From: Mobula hypostoma
Lineage: Eukaryota
DNA: 64,000 nucleotides
Reading direction: 5' to 3'
NCBI RefSeq assembly: GCF_963921235.1
Contig: NC_086097.1
Span: 164,736,001 to 164,800,000, forward strand
Shown: piece by piece, positions 52,506 through 64,000 of the stretch
Layout: every line of letters starts with the position of its first letter
Numbering within the stretch: the stretch's first letter is position 1
Position numbers and translations under genes: made by a program
The notes under the pieces: model-generated
Told to the model about the DNA's origin: nothing
What the model saw: the letters and a program-made list of their open reading frames with translations, nothing else
Database searches by the model: none

Positions 52506-55500
52506 TAACTTTTCCAGCATTTTTTGTTTTAGTTTCAGGGTTTGCTATGCTAGTTACAGTACATCATTTGTACTTTAGTAATGGAATTAATTATATTTCT
52601 CCTCATCTATAAACTAACATCGACCCTAACTCATTTACATTATTGTGTAGCATCTGCACATTAACTTCAAGTTGCACAACATTCTAGCATGGAAACATAT
52701 CATTATTCCATCATCATTATCACTGAGTCTATATCCTGCTACTCCCTTAACAACAGCACTATGGACATACCTGCACTAGAAGTACTGCAGGGGTTCAAGA
52801 AGGTGGTTCAGTACCAGTTCCTCAATGACAATTAAAGATGACAGTAAATACTGTTCTTCCCAGTAATGACCAGGCCCCAATAAATGAATATGCTTTGTTT
52901 TCATCTGCACCCTCTGTGGAATTAATAAAGGGAGGGTGGAATCTGTATAAGAGTGCTTTTTACCCTTTGCCACACAATAGCAAGAAATTTGGTTGGGATC
53001 TTCATGAAAGAGGCAACGTCAGACTGATTTTTATAAATTTTTCTCTGTAAAGGAGCAATTTGCAAATAGAATCACATTGCCAATAGACAGACCTCTGCAA
53101 GCATTAATATGCTAGCAGGGACTCTCTGTAAGTAATTGCGTACATTAATACACCTTCCCCTGCATCAGTGTAAGCACCAAATGAAACAGTGTTGTAGTAA
53201 TGGAAACTTTCTTTATTAGAATCAGAATGAGCATGTGTCATGAAATTTGTGGTTTAGCGCCAGCAGTACATTGCAATACATAATAAAAACTATAAATTAC
53301 ATTGAGAATTACTGTATATATAAAAAAATTTAAAACTGGTGCAAAAAGAGGTGGAAAAGTACTGAAGTAGTGTTCATGGTTTCATTGTCCAGTCAGAAAT
53401 CTGATGGTGAAGGGGAAGAAGCTGTTACTGAATTGTTGATTGTGTGTCTTCATGCTCCTGTACCACCTCCTTAATGGTAGCAATGAGAAGAGGACATGTC
53501 CTGGGTGATGGGGGCCCTTATTGTTGGATGCCTACCTTCATTAGTCAACCTAAAGGTAAAAAAGTTGCTCCTCGACTTCCTATTAAATTTTTTTTCCCCT
53601 TTCACGCCAAGCCAATCTCCTATAGTTTTTGATTCCCCAACCCTGGGAAAAAGACCATGAGCAGTCACCCTATCTGCACAACCCCGGTAAGTGCTCATTA
53701 TGGTGGACTCTATGTTACCATTGAATTTGCACAAATAAAAGTATTAAAACAGAGGTATAAAAAAATTAAAAGTACAAATTTGTCCTTAGTCACATGTGTG
53801 TCATATTCCATTTCTGAAATGGATTCCAGTGAAACATTTCAGTCAAATAAAGCTTTATTTACTCTGGATCTATTGTGACAGCATTCATCCAAACTATATT
53901 GCTGAGTTTTCAAGTATGACTCAGCTGTTAAAAGCTGTTTGCCTGTGTACTTTGGCTGGTGTCTATTACCTAGGAAAATGCTGCCTTGTGTAACAGATTT
54001 ACTGTGCTTTGGGATTTTTATTTTGATATTTCTCCAGTTCATGAAGGTTGATCATTGTATTCTTCCCTCACATGAGCTCTTCATATCACATAACAGTACT
54101 TAGTGACTTACTGATTAAGCCAAAACTTGTTCATGCTTGTTTTTGAATTGGAGGCACAAGAGACTGTAGATGCTGAAATCTGAAATAACAAACAAGTTAC
54201 TTCAGAGATTTCCCTGCATCTTGTTTGTTGCTTGATTTTGAATTTCTCCATGGTCCTGCTTGTACTTTTGGTGTGATGTTCCTTACAACACTCCAGTACG
54301 TCTGTGATCTTCCAGCTCAGCCTTGCTCGGTATCCCAGTGCTTAGTTGCTCCAGATTTGGCAATCTTGCCTTCAGCTCCCATCCTCTCTCCTTCAAATTG
54401 CTACTTAAAATCCACCTCTGTGGTCAAGGACAGGAAATGCTGGAAATACTTAGTAGGTTGGTCAGCATCTGAGAAAGCTGAGAAAGAAATGGAGAATGGT
54501 TTAGATTGAAAACTTTTTATCAGAATAAGAAAAGTTACGAAATAAACTTTTTAAATTGCAGAGAATGGATAGGGATGAAGACAATGTCAGTGAGTCTGTA
54601 GAGATTCGAGGAGACTGAATGATATAAATGGTTGTGGTGCCGGCTCAGAAAGGGTTGTGAAGATGTTTTAATCATAAATGAGCCAAGTAGAGGCAATGTA
54701 AATAGAACAAAGTAAATGCTAACAGCGGAAGAGGAAATAAACTCAGAAATAAACACTGGAACTAAGCTACAAATTAGTGAAGCAGAACACTGCAGATGTT
54801 GGAAATCTGAAATAAAAGTAACGAATGTGGGTATATTTAGTAAGGCAAATTCTATAGAGAGTTAATGTTGCTGGTTAAGACCTTTCATTAGTTCTGGCTA
54901 TTTTTGATACTGCACAGAAATGAGCCATTAAAGCCCACCTCATCCATATCATTCCTGCTGCCTATTTACACTAATCCTTTTTACCTGCATTAGGCCTGTA
55001 TCCTTCTTTGCCTTTTCTATCTGAGTACCAGCACAAGTGTTTTTCAGAAAATGCTGGTTATCTGAAATCCTTGAATTCACAGTTAATGCCTGGCACTGTG
55101 ACGTGCCAAATAAGATGCTGTTCCTCAAGTATTTTTGGAATACTGTAAAAGGCCAAAGAAAGAGTGATAAGAGTTGGGGGTGGGTTGAATGGTGAAATAA
55201 AGCGTTCGGCATTTGGAAGCTCAGGGTCATTTTGCAGACTGAACAGAGATATTTTGTGAAGCATTTGCCCAGTCAGCATTTGGTTCTTCTGCTGCAGAGT
55301 AGACTACAATGTAATACTGAATGCACTTCTGTAACTTAGGGCAAGCAGGTTTCTTAAGATTGTTGTAGCTGGGGATGGAGGCGGGGATTAGCTCCCACTA
55401 CCTACTAAATGCTCCCAATGGCATGCGTCTCAAATAGTCTCCAACAACCAAGTCCAGCTCCTGGCCTTAACATGTGGCTTAGCTACTAAGCCCAGTGGAA

Positions 55501-57206
55501 AGGTTTCTACTGTCAGAAGGGGCAAAGGCTGGGGTTACTGATGACTTAAAACCAGTCGCTTCAGGCAGATGGGGCTCATCAGCTGTGATTGGCAGCTCAT
55601 CTAGGAGAAGGAGAACTCTGATCTCAAACCTCCGCTGCCTTGCGGCTATACCAAATTATGGGGAAGGCTTCTGGAGTAAACCCCAAGGAAAAGTCCAGAG
55701 CCGAAGTCCCTAAGTCCCGAGTTCAACATTGACTGGCAAATCCTGTGACATTGTTGGTGCAAAATTGAGTCGGTCTCTCTGTCATTCATTTGAATTCATC
55801 AGCTGCGTGGAGAAGGCAAGCCTGCTGCATGGGCAACAGCTTGCTCTCCATATTGTACTGCCCTGGCTTGTGTATCACATAGACAGCTGGGGCACAACAT
55901 CCATGGCCGGCTTTGACCAACGGAGGGCCTCAAGGGCAAGCACTAGACAATGAGAAGTGTGTAGATCTTGGATGGTGGGGATAAGATGATAGGGCAGGTG
56001 TTGTATCTCTTCATCTGTTGTAACGATTTTTCGAAATCTTCTACGGTGTGGCATGAGGTACAATTTTGTTAAATGACACTCCTATTGAAGCAGCTTAGGA
56101 AGTTTAATGGCTTGAAAAGTTCTAAAAAAAATCTTGCTTTTTTTTTTAAACTTGCAAATTGTTGCAGTTGTTCAAATTGTAAAACCTACAATACCACATC
56201 GACAATTTCTGGTCTCATGCAGAATATGCCAGACACAATTTCCATGAAAAAAGACCAAATAGAATGTTGGAAATCTGGACTAAATATCTGTATACCTATC
56301 CAATAGATTGCAATAATTGGAGTACTGGTCAAAATTTGCCATGTAACAATGAAAAACAAAAGACCAAAGCAGTTAGTATATCAGTCAGTGTCTGTGGAAA
56401 GTGTAGGGATTGTATTGATTTTGGTGTTCTGTTCAATTAGTTTAAGTATCTCTTTTTCAACTGTCTAGGATACATTGATTTAATAATCTCCTTCGGTGTC
56501 CTAAATTTCTGTGATTCTGTATTACTTCCCCCTGCCAACAGGAACTTTGATCTTTTTGGCTCCAGGCATTAAAACATATTTTATCAATTTTGTATAGAAT
56601 TTTTTGATCCAGATTATATTGTGGATAAAATTACCCAATTTGTGAAGCGGCTTGCTAACTGCTCACTCAGCATTTCAGTTTCAACAAAAAAATCTTCAAT
56701 TTGATTCAAGGTAATTTAGATTTCTGCTGGATGTTGATGAAAATCCCATACTGCAGATCAACCATATCACTTCATTTGAGCAACTAGAATGTAGGAATTA
56801 AGAGTAATACTCTGGATGTGCCAGCAATGCAGAATGATAGGAACAAGTAATACTTCAGTGCAAGTCCTTCTCTTATGTTGCACACAGAGGGAACATGAAT
56901 CAAACACATTGTCTAAGTCAGGGTAATGTTATACAGTGAGGCATGAAGGAAATGTGAGATTAATACAGGGAGGTGGCAGAGAGAACTGGGGAGGCTGGCA
57001 GGAAGTGAAATGGATAAAGGTGAGGATGGAGAAATGGACTTCAATGGAGAAGACTGACGGGCAAAAGATATGCATCGAGACTTGGCTCACAGCTACTTCA
57101 ACAAATTCTGGTCATGATTCCACTTCCTTTTACACCTCCTTTAACTGAAACACCATCTCCTATTTACACTCCCTCCAATCATGATTCCTCTCATTTATAC
57201 CCCCTC

Positions 57207-58222
57207 CAATCATGCTCATCCTATCTAAACCCCCTCCGATCCTGCTCATCCTATCTAAACCCCCTCCGATCCTGCTCATCTATCTAAACCCCCTCCGATC
57301 CTGCTCATCTATCTAAACCCCCTCCGATCCTGCTCATCCTATCTAAACCCCCTCCGATCCTGCTCATCTATCTAAACCCCCTCCGATCCTGTTCATCTAT
57401 CTAAACCCCCTCCGATCCTGCTCATCCTATCTAAACCCCCTCCGATCCTGCTCATCCTATCTAAACCCCCTCCGATCCTGTTCATCCTATCTAAACCCCC
57501 TTCGATCGTGCTCATCCTATCTAAACCCCCTCGATCCTGCTCATCCTATCCAAACCCCCTCCGATCCTGCTCATCCTATCCAAACCCCCTCCGATCCTGC
57601 TCATCCTATCCAAACCCCCTCCGATCCTGCTCATCCTATCTAAACCCCCTCCGATCCTGTTCATCCTATCTAAACCCCCTTCGATCATGCTCATCCTATC
57701 TAAACCCCCTCGATCCTGCTCATCCTATCCAAACCCCCTCGATCCTGCTCATCCTATCCAAACCCCCTCCGATCCTGCTCATCCTATCTAAACCCCCTCC
57801 GATCCTGTTCATCCTATCTAAACCCCCTTCGATCGTGCTCATCCTATCTAAACCCCCTTCGATCGTGCTCATCCTATCTAAACCCCCTTCGATCGTGCTC
57901 ATCCTATCTAAACCCCCTCGATCCTGCTCATCCTATCTAAACCCCCTCCGATCCTGCTCATCTATCTAAACCCCCTTCGATCATGCTCATCCTATCTAAA
58001 CCCCCTCCGATCCTGCTCATCCTATCTAAACCCCCTCCGATCCTGCTCATCTATCTAAACCCCCTTCGATCATGCCCATCCTATCTAAACCCCCTCCGAT
58101 CCTGCTCATCCTATCTAAACCCCCTCCGATCATGCTCATCCTATCTAAACCCCCTCCGATCATGCTCATCCTATCTAAACCCCCTCCAATCATGCTTGTC
58201 CTATCTAAACCCACTCTGATCA
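57207..58222. repeat. 30-bp minisatellite of about 1 kb
   Basis: Unit atcctgctcatcctatctaaaccccctccg with 28- and 29-nt variants, roughly 34 copies. Confidence 0.97.
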
Positions 58223-58809
58223 TGATTTCTGTTATTTACATCTCCAAGAATTGTGATTGCACCCTTTTACAATTTTTCCAGTTGCCGTATTTTTGCATCA
58301 TTTGCTCCATTACTTCCACCTGCTTACACTCATCAGTCCTTCAATCTTTCCAGCTTTCTCTTTACCACAGATCTCCCCTTTTGCTCTTCTCTCCTCATCT
58401 GCAATTGCCCCGCATTTTTATCTCTGATTAATATTTTTATCTTTAATATTGTCAAATTCTGGTGAAAGCAATTCAGCAACCTCACATATCCAGTGTTCCA
58501 TAAACAGCAGAAATGTGATAACACAGAAAGAGTTGGGGTGGGGGGGGGTAACAGAAGCTTAACTGGCAACACAGTCCAGATATGAGGAAGCAAAGAAGAT
58601 CTCAATGCAACACCGTTCCACCCTGCTAAGTAAATATTCCAGCCATATTCAAGGCCAGGTTTTTTAGGCTTAGTTTGAGTTTCCTTGGAGTGAAGCAAAG
58701 GGGTAAGGATGGAGAGTCCTTATTGTGAATGTGTGTTACAGATGTCCGAAAGCTCGTTGTCAAGCGATTACTTAGGGTTAGAAAAGGACTCGGGCAGATC
58801 AAATGAACG

Positions 58810-59810
58810 TCATAAATTCATTGAATTGTATACCAGGGAAACAGCCCTGTTGGCACAACTCACCCACCAATCACAATGCCTATCTAAGCTAATCTTATTT
58901 GCCTGCATTTGGCCCATCTCACTAAATCTTTCCTATTCATGAGCCTGTTCAAATGTTTTTTAAGCATTGTAATTGTGCCTTCCTCTGCTGTTTCCTCTGG
59001 TAGCTTGCTTCATATATCCCCTACCCTCTGTGTAAAAAAAAAATCATCCTTCAGGTTTCCTTTAAATCATACCCCAACTCACCTTAAACTTATGCCTTTT
59101 AGTTGTAGACTCCATTACCCCGAAAAAAAGACTGTGACTGTCTGTCATATAAAGTACTGTGCAAAAGTCTGCGGCACATTCTGTGTATCTAGCTACAGTG
59201 CCTCAGGTTTTACACAGTACTGCATTTGTCAACGTGGAGTGGGGAGCAAGTTTATAAATCTGGCAGGAGCAAAGGATGTTGGGAATGATGGCGGTGGAGC
59301 GCCTTGGGAGGGATGTGGGACAGGTGGCAGGGAAGGAGTGTCAGGGCGGGGGAAGGCTTGCACGGATTCTGACACACCAGGCAAGGTCATTTGATTCCTT
59401 AACAATTGGTTTATTGATCATTAAAGAACGTCTCTCTTGTGCTTCCCACACCCTCCCCTCTCCCTTCCCCTTTTCCCAACCACGATTCCCCTCTTCCCAG
59501 CCACAATTCCCCTCTCTCTGCTCCCTTCCCATTCTCAGTCCACAATAGAGACCCATATCAGAATCAGATTTATCATTGCTCACATGTATCATGAAATTTG
59601 TTCTTTTTTGCGACAGTACTATAGTGCAATACATAAAATTACTACTGTACTGTGTAGAAGTCTTAGGCACCCAACTCTATTTATTGTATGTGCCTGAGAG
59701 TTTTGCACAGTACTGTATATGCCCCTCATAATTTTAAAAACCTCCACAAATTCATGCTTCAGTCTCCCTTGTTCCAGCAAAAACAATCCCTGTTTATCCA
59801 TTCCCTCAGG
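58810..59810 (-). mobile_element. CR1 3' fragment interrupted by a composite Tc1-like MITE
   Basis: CR1 text aaaaaagactgtgactgtctgtcata | tatgcccctcataatttt is split by the 59151-59716 insertion. Confidence 0.7.
59151..59716. mobile_element. Composite Tc1/mariner-like MITE with a short palindromic unit at each end
   Basis: agtactgtgcaaaagtct...ttttacacagtactg (~59152-59222) and gtactgtgtagaagtcttaggcac...gagttttgcacagtactg (~59647-59716), bounded by TA. Confidence 0.6.
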
Positions 59811-60059
59811 CATCAATAATCATCAGGGAGGAGGTATACCAGCCTGAAGATGCACACTCAACGTACTAGAAACAGCTTCTGCCCCTCCACCATCTGAATG
59901 GTCAATGAATAATACCTCATTATTTTGCATTATTTTTATATATTCCTATTTTATCTTATAGATTTTAAATGTATTGTACTGTACGGTAGCCTCAAAAGAA
60001 AAATATCACAATGTACAGTATGTCAATGATAAACCTGATTCTGATTCTAATTCCTTCCT

Positions 60060-60825
60060 TGTAGCTCTAGTTGGACCACACTTGGAGTATCGTGTTTAGT
60101 TCTGGCCCCCTCGTTATAGGAAGGATGTGGAAGGTCTAGAGAGGGTGCAGAGGGAATTACCGGGATACAGCCTGGATTACATGGAAACATTAAGCGAGCT
60201 TTGGCTTTTCACTTTGAACTGAAGAAGGATGAGAGGCAACTTGATAGAGGTGTATAAGATTATGAAAGGCATAGATAGAGTAGACATCCAGCAACTTTTT
60301 CCCTGGGCAGCAATGGCCAATATCTGAAGAAACCCATTTTACCTGAATGGAGGAATGTTTAGTGGAGATATCAGAGGTGGGGTTTTTATTATACAGAGAG
60401 TGCAAGGTGCCTGGAATGCACGGCTGGGGTGGTCGTAGAGATTGATATAATAGGACCATTTAAGAGACTCTTAGATATGCACATGGATGTAAGGAGGGCA
60501 CCACAATAGAATAGCGGTTGGTGTTACGTTATTACAGCCCAGAGCAGCAGAATTCAGAGTTCAACTCTGGAGTCCTCTGTAAGGAGTTTATACAATCTCC
60601 CCATGTCCGCTTGGTTCCTCTGGGTGCTGCGGTTTCCTCCTGCAATCTAACCAGTTAGTATGTTAATGAGTCATTGTAACTTGCCCTGTGATTAGATTAG
60701 GGTTTAGTAGGTGGGTTGCTGGGTGGGACTGCCTGTTCTACACTATATTTCTAAATAAATAACCATTTATATAGGTTGGCACAACATCAAGGGCTGAACA
60801 ACAGCACGGTGCTGTATTCTATGTT
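60060..60825 (+). mobile_element. CR1 3' fragment with a nested V-SINE-like element (~60494-60760)
   Basis: accacacttggagtat...aggaaggatgtgg and 3' UTR ggcacaacatcaagggctgaa...ttctatgtt; insert contains ggttcctctgggtgctgcggtttcctcc. Confidence 0.75.
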
Positions 60826-61829
60826 AAGGTCTTGGAGCTCATCTGAAGAATTGGCTGTGGTGAAGTGCTCATCGAGATTTGAATCATTATCTGAATTGAA
60901 AGATTAAAATAGGCAGTTTTTACTAAGGCACATGATGCTTTTGGGAAAGAAGTGTGAAAAGATTGAACCATTGTGGATGGAATACCAAAATCATTACAGT
61001 ATTTTTTAGGTAACTATTATCAATGTTAATAGGATCTGAACTATTGAGCTATTGGGGCAGAGCCATCTTGAGGTCAGAGCCTGGAAATGCAAGCTGGTTG
61101 TGGATTTCCTGATTACAATATCGGATTCTACTTTTCACCGTAACATTTTTTTACCATAATTAGCATTCATGTTCATTATTGGAATCATATCTCGCAACAA
61201 GCATGACATATGACTCTTAACTTTTGAAATTAATTTTATCAGATGGAATTTTCAATGCAATTTAAAGTGTATTGTTGGAATGCCTTTGATCTGAACAATC
61301 AGGACTAACTTTGAGTCGTGTTAATATGACTGCCTGGCTGATCAACTCTGCCTGAGTGTGTCAGCAGGGCTTCTCATTTAGCCCAGTAACTGATTTAAAT
61401 TGTCCACAATGATCTTCCAAAATATCAGAATGCAGTTTCCGTTTTTTTTTATTGTGTCAGTCGAAACTGTAATAGGGATGGGCGAATGGTTAATTCTGGC
61501 TGAAACTTTTTTGGAGAGGGAGCAGGGTTAATGTATTAATTCAATGTCCTATCATCAGAATAGAATAAATTTTACTCTATATTGACAGCATCTGCAGTAC
61601 TTTATTTTTGGCCATTTTGGGGTAAAGCCACAGGTATCAGCTCTGTAGCACCACCAGACTCCACCACCACCTTATACCATGTCAATGAGAACTGCCTGGA
61701 TTTCCCTCACTCTCTCCAATTGAGGTCATAAATGGGATAGAAATCTGGTCCATGGAGAGATTACCACTTCCACCCTCCCTTCTTCGCAAAGTGAACCATT
61801 GCACGATGTGATACCACATTTTTCAGTGT

Positions 61830-62105
61830 CAGAATCAGACTCGTTTATTGTCACTGACATACGTCATGAAATTTGTTGTTTTGTGGCAGCAGTACAGTGG
61901 AAGACATGAAAAATTACTGTAAGTTACTATAAGAAATATAAAATAATTAAATATCATGGTCCATTCAGAGATATGGTGGATGGGAAGACGCTGTTCCTAA
62001 AAAGTTGAGTGTGCATCTTCAAGCTCCTGTACCTCCTCCCTGATGGTAGTAATGAGAGGAGATATGTCCTTGATGGTGAAGGTTCTTATTGATGGATGCC
62101 GCCTA
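61830..62105 (-). mobile_element. Rex/Babar-like LINE 3' end (a related copy lies at 53214-53535)
   Basis: Both share agaatcag...gtcatgaaatttg...cagcagtaca...gctcctgtacc.cctcc...atggtag.aatgag. Confidence 0.55.
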
Positions 62106-63902
62106 CATCCAATTTCTAATGCTTTAATTACATAAATTGAAGTACAGAAAAAAATCACCCATGAGATGACCATTAGAACCTAGCAATGCACTAGTTCACT
62201 GAACTTATATTCCACAAGCTACGCTGAACAAGTGGGGCACAAATCACCTACCAAGGATGACTGACATTGAAATATTTGATGCAATTCTTTGAAATCAGGT
62301 TCAATAAGCTACTAAGAGACGGATGCCAATATTGCAATACTTAACACGACGATTGTGCCAACAACAGGATTCTTCTCTTTCCTCCTTCACTGTCTTGGGT
62401 AATTTCTGTATAATTTATGTTCACTATGTTGTCTGAATCTACGTTACTGTGATGCAAGTTTTTCATGGTAGCTGTACCTCATCATACTTGTGCACATGAC
62501 AATGGACTTGACTTAATCCCTGTTTGCTCACATTAGAGCTTTGCTTCTGAACTTTCCCCCATAGGTGCAGACTCTGAATGTGGGATAGTTACCTGGAACC
62601 CAGGCATGACTAGCTTTTTCAGTTCATCCTGTACAGCAACTGTTGAGGCATGATTCAACTGTAATGCCAACACATCTACACATAACAACAAGTTGTTTTT
62701 CAATGCTGGGGCCAGTCCTGTAGTCTCCTATGGTTGGTTGTTCTTCAGTATTATTATGCTTCATGGAAATATCTGTGTGACCCAGTCAATTTCAGCAGGG
62801 CTCTTCCTCGAGAATTTTCCCATCTTTTAGCTCTAAAGACAATGCATCATTAAATATTATGGTTGTCAATGTTCAGGAGCATAAATAAATCTTGATTTCT
62901 AGTTTTAAGATTTTCAGTTAACTAGAGCATTGGAATAATTTATCATATGGGTGACAGCATTACTGTGTAAAACTTTGGAAAGGAAGCGATTGATGGTTAA
63001 TGGAAGTGCATGTGATTCACTTTTATTGATGCAGGAATTGCGAGATTGATGGAACTGAATAATAGAGCTGAATTTGAAATGTACCCCTTATCACCAAGCC
63101 AACAAAATGCTTCAATTCTCTTTCAGTTATTTGTTTAAGCAGCTTGTCCTGTTGACGTCATGAAAATAGTTCCCTCTGCCCAGCACTGTCCTAGGACAGG
63201 AGCAATGACTGGTGGTAACCATGGTGCTGTTGGAATATGCTCTGTACAAAACAACATTCAGGATCTGTTGAAGTGAAAAAGATGGTTTAAAAAATGAGTT
63301 GATAGATGCCAAACTTGACAATTAAGACATGGACTTTTCCTTGTTGTTGCTGCATAGGGCAACATGAATACCACTGTCTTGTTTTGCTGGTGACAAAAGA
63401 GCTTTGGAAAATAGTTGATCTGGCTTTACTGTTCTCCTTTTTAAAAAGTACAAACTACAGCAGTTTACTAAAAGTTTCATTCACATATGTATATGTATTT
63501 GCATAATTTGGGCAGAATTGCTGCTGCATATCTCCAGGGACCCAGGTTCCTTACCTGGATTTCTTAAATGAGACCAAATGGGTTTCCTTAGAGTCTCTGG
63601 TTTCTTCCTAAAGATGTGCAGGTAAGTTAATTGACTATTGTAAATGACCTCTTAGAGTAGGTAAGTAGAAACAAAACAGAGGGCCATTGAACAGCAGGTG
63701 GAAGAGAAAGAGAGGGTGGGGAATAAATTGCAGGGGTACGAGGAAATAAGAAGAGGGGGAAAGAGATTGCTTTGCCAGCATATGTTCCTTTCTTCTGTGT
63801 TGCAATAAGTAATGCATGGCTGCTGTGGCTTATGTGATTTTCCATTTACTTTTTACCATTGCAATGTTCTAATCTTTCCTCCTTCTATTTTCTGCTTGCA
63901 AG

Positions 63903-64000
63903 GAGTTTCCTTGGCCCTCAGTAGCTCCACCACTGGAACCCTGCTTCTCACGGCCTGCCAGGCCAGCCAACCAGCGCCCACCATCGCGGTGGGCTTCACT
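63903..64000 (+). CDS. SOGA1: SOGA1/MTCL2 distal alternative terminal exon, runs off the window
   Basis: Pyrimidine tract ending cttgcaag|GAG TTT CCT TGG; encodes [32 protein letters not shown], compare recalled human [32 protein letters not shown]; phase 0. Confidence 0.9.

Noticed and set aside
54430..54895. Further hammerhead candidates in old tail-like repeats (also near 6370 and 47370)
   Set aside because: The CUGANGA or GAAAC boxes are too decayed to support a call.
57207..58222. CRISPR-like array of ~30-bp repeats, and Pro/Leu-rich ORFs at 57508-58431
   Set aside because: Units are directly adjacent with no unique spacers, in a vertebrate intron; the ORFs are translations of the minisatellite.

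Overview
Eukaryotic, repeat-rich intronic DNA, most likely from a cartilaginous fish (inferred from the repeat families). The window holds the 3' half of one + strand gene that I recognise as SOGA1/MTCL2. Five internal coding exons splice in phase (2131-2298, 5109-5363, 17677-17997, 32836-32912, 37354-38902), followed by two alternative terminal coding exons (44150-44188, SQTLLLTTPWGL*; 63903->64000, [18 protein letters not shown]...). The introns contain many CR1 LINEs, an AT-rich L2-group LINE, Penelope-like (GIY-YIG) fragments carrying minimal hammerhead-ribozyme motifs, two Tigger/pogo deletion derivatives with a long internal palindrome, tRNA-derived SINEs, a composite Tc1-like MITE, a (CA)n microsatellite and a ~1 kb 30-bp minisatellite. 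The best leads are the hammerhead motifs and the insertions whose junctions fall at the predicted cleavage site, the palindrome-bearing Tigger pair, the nested transposon stack at 22.4-31.8 kb, and the alternative C-termini. I found no clearly new protein-coding system. All family and orthology calls come from motif recognition and memory, not from database searches.
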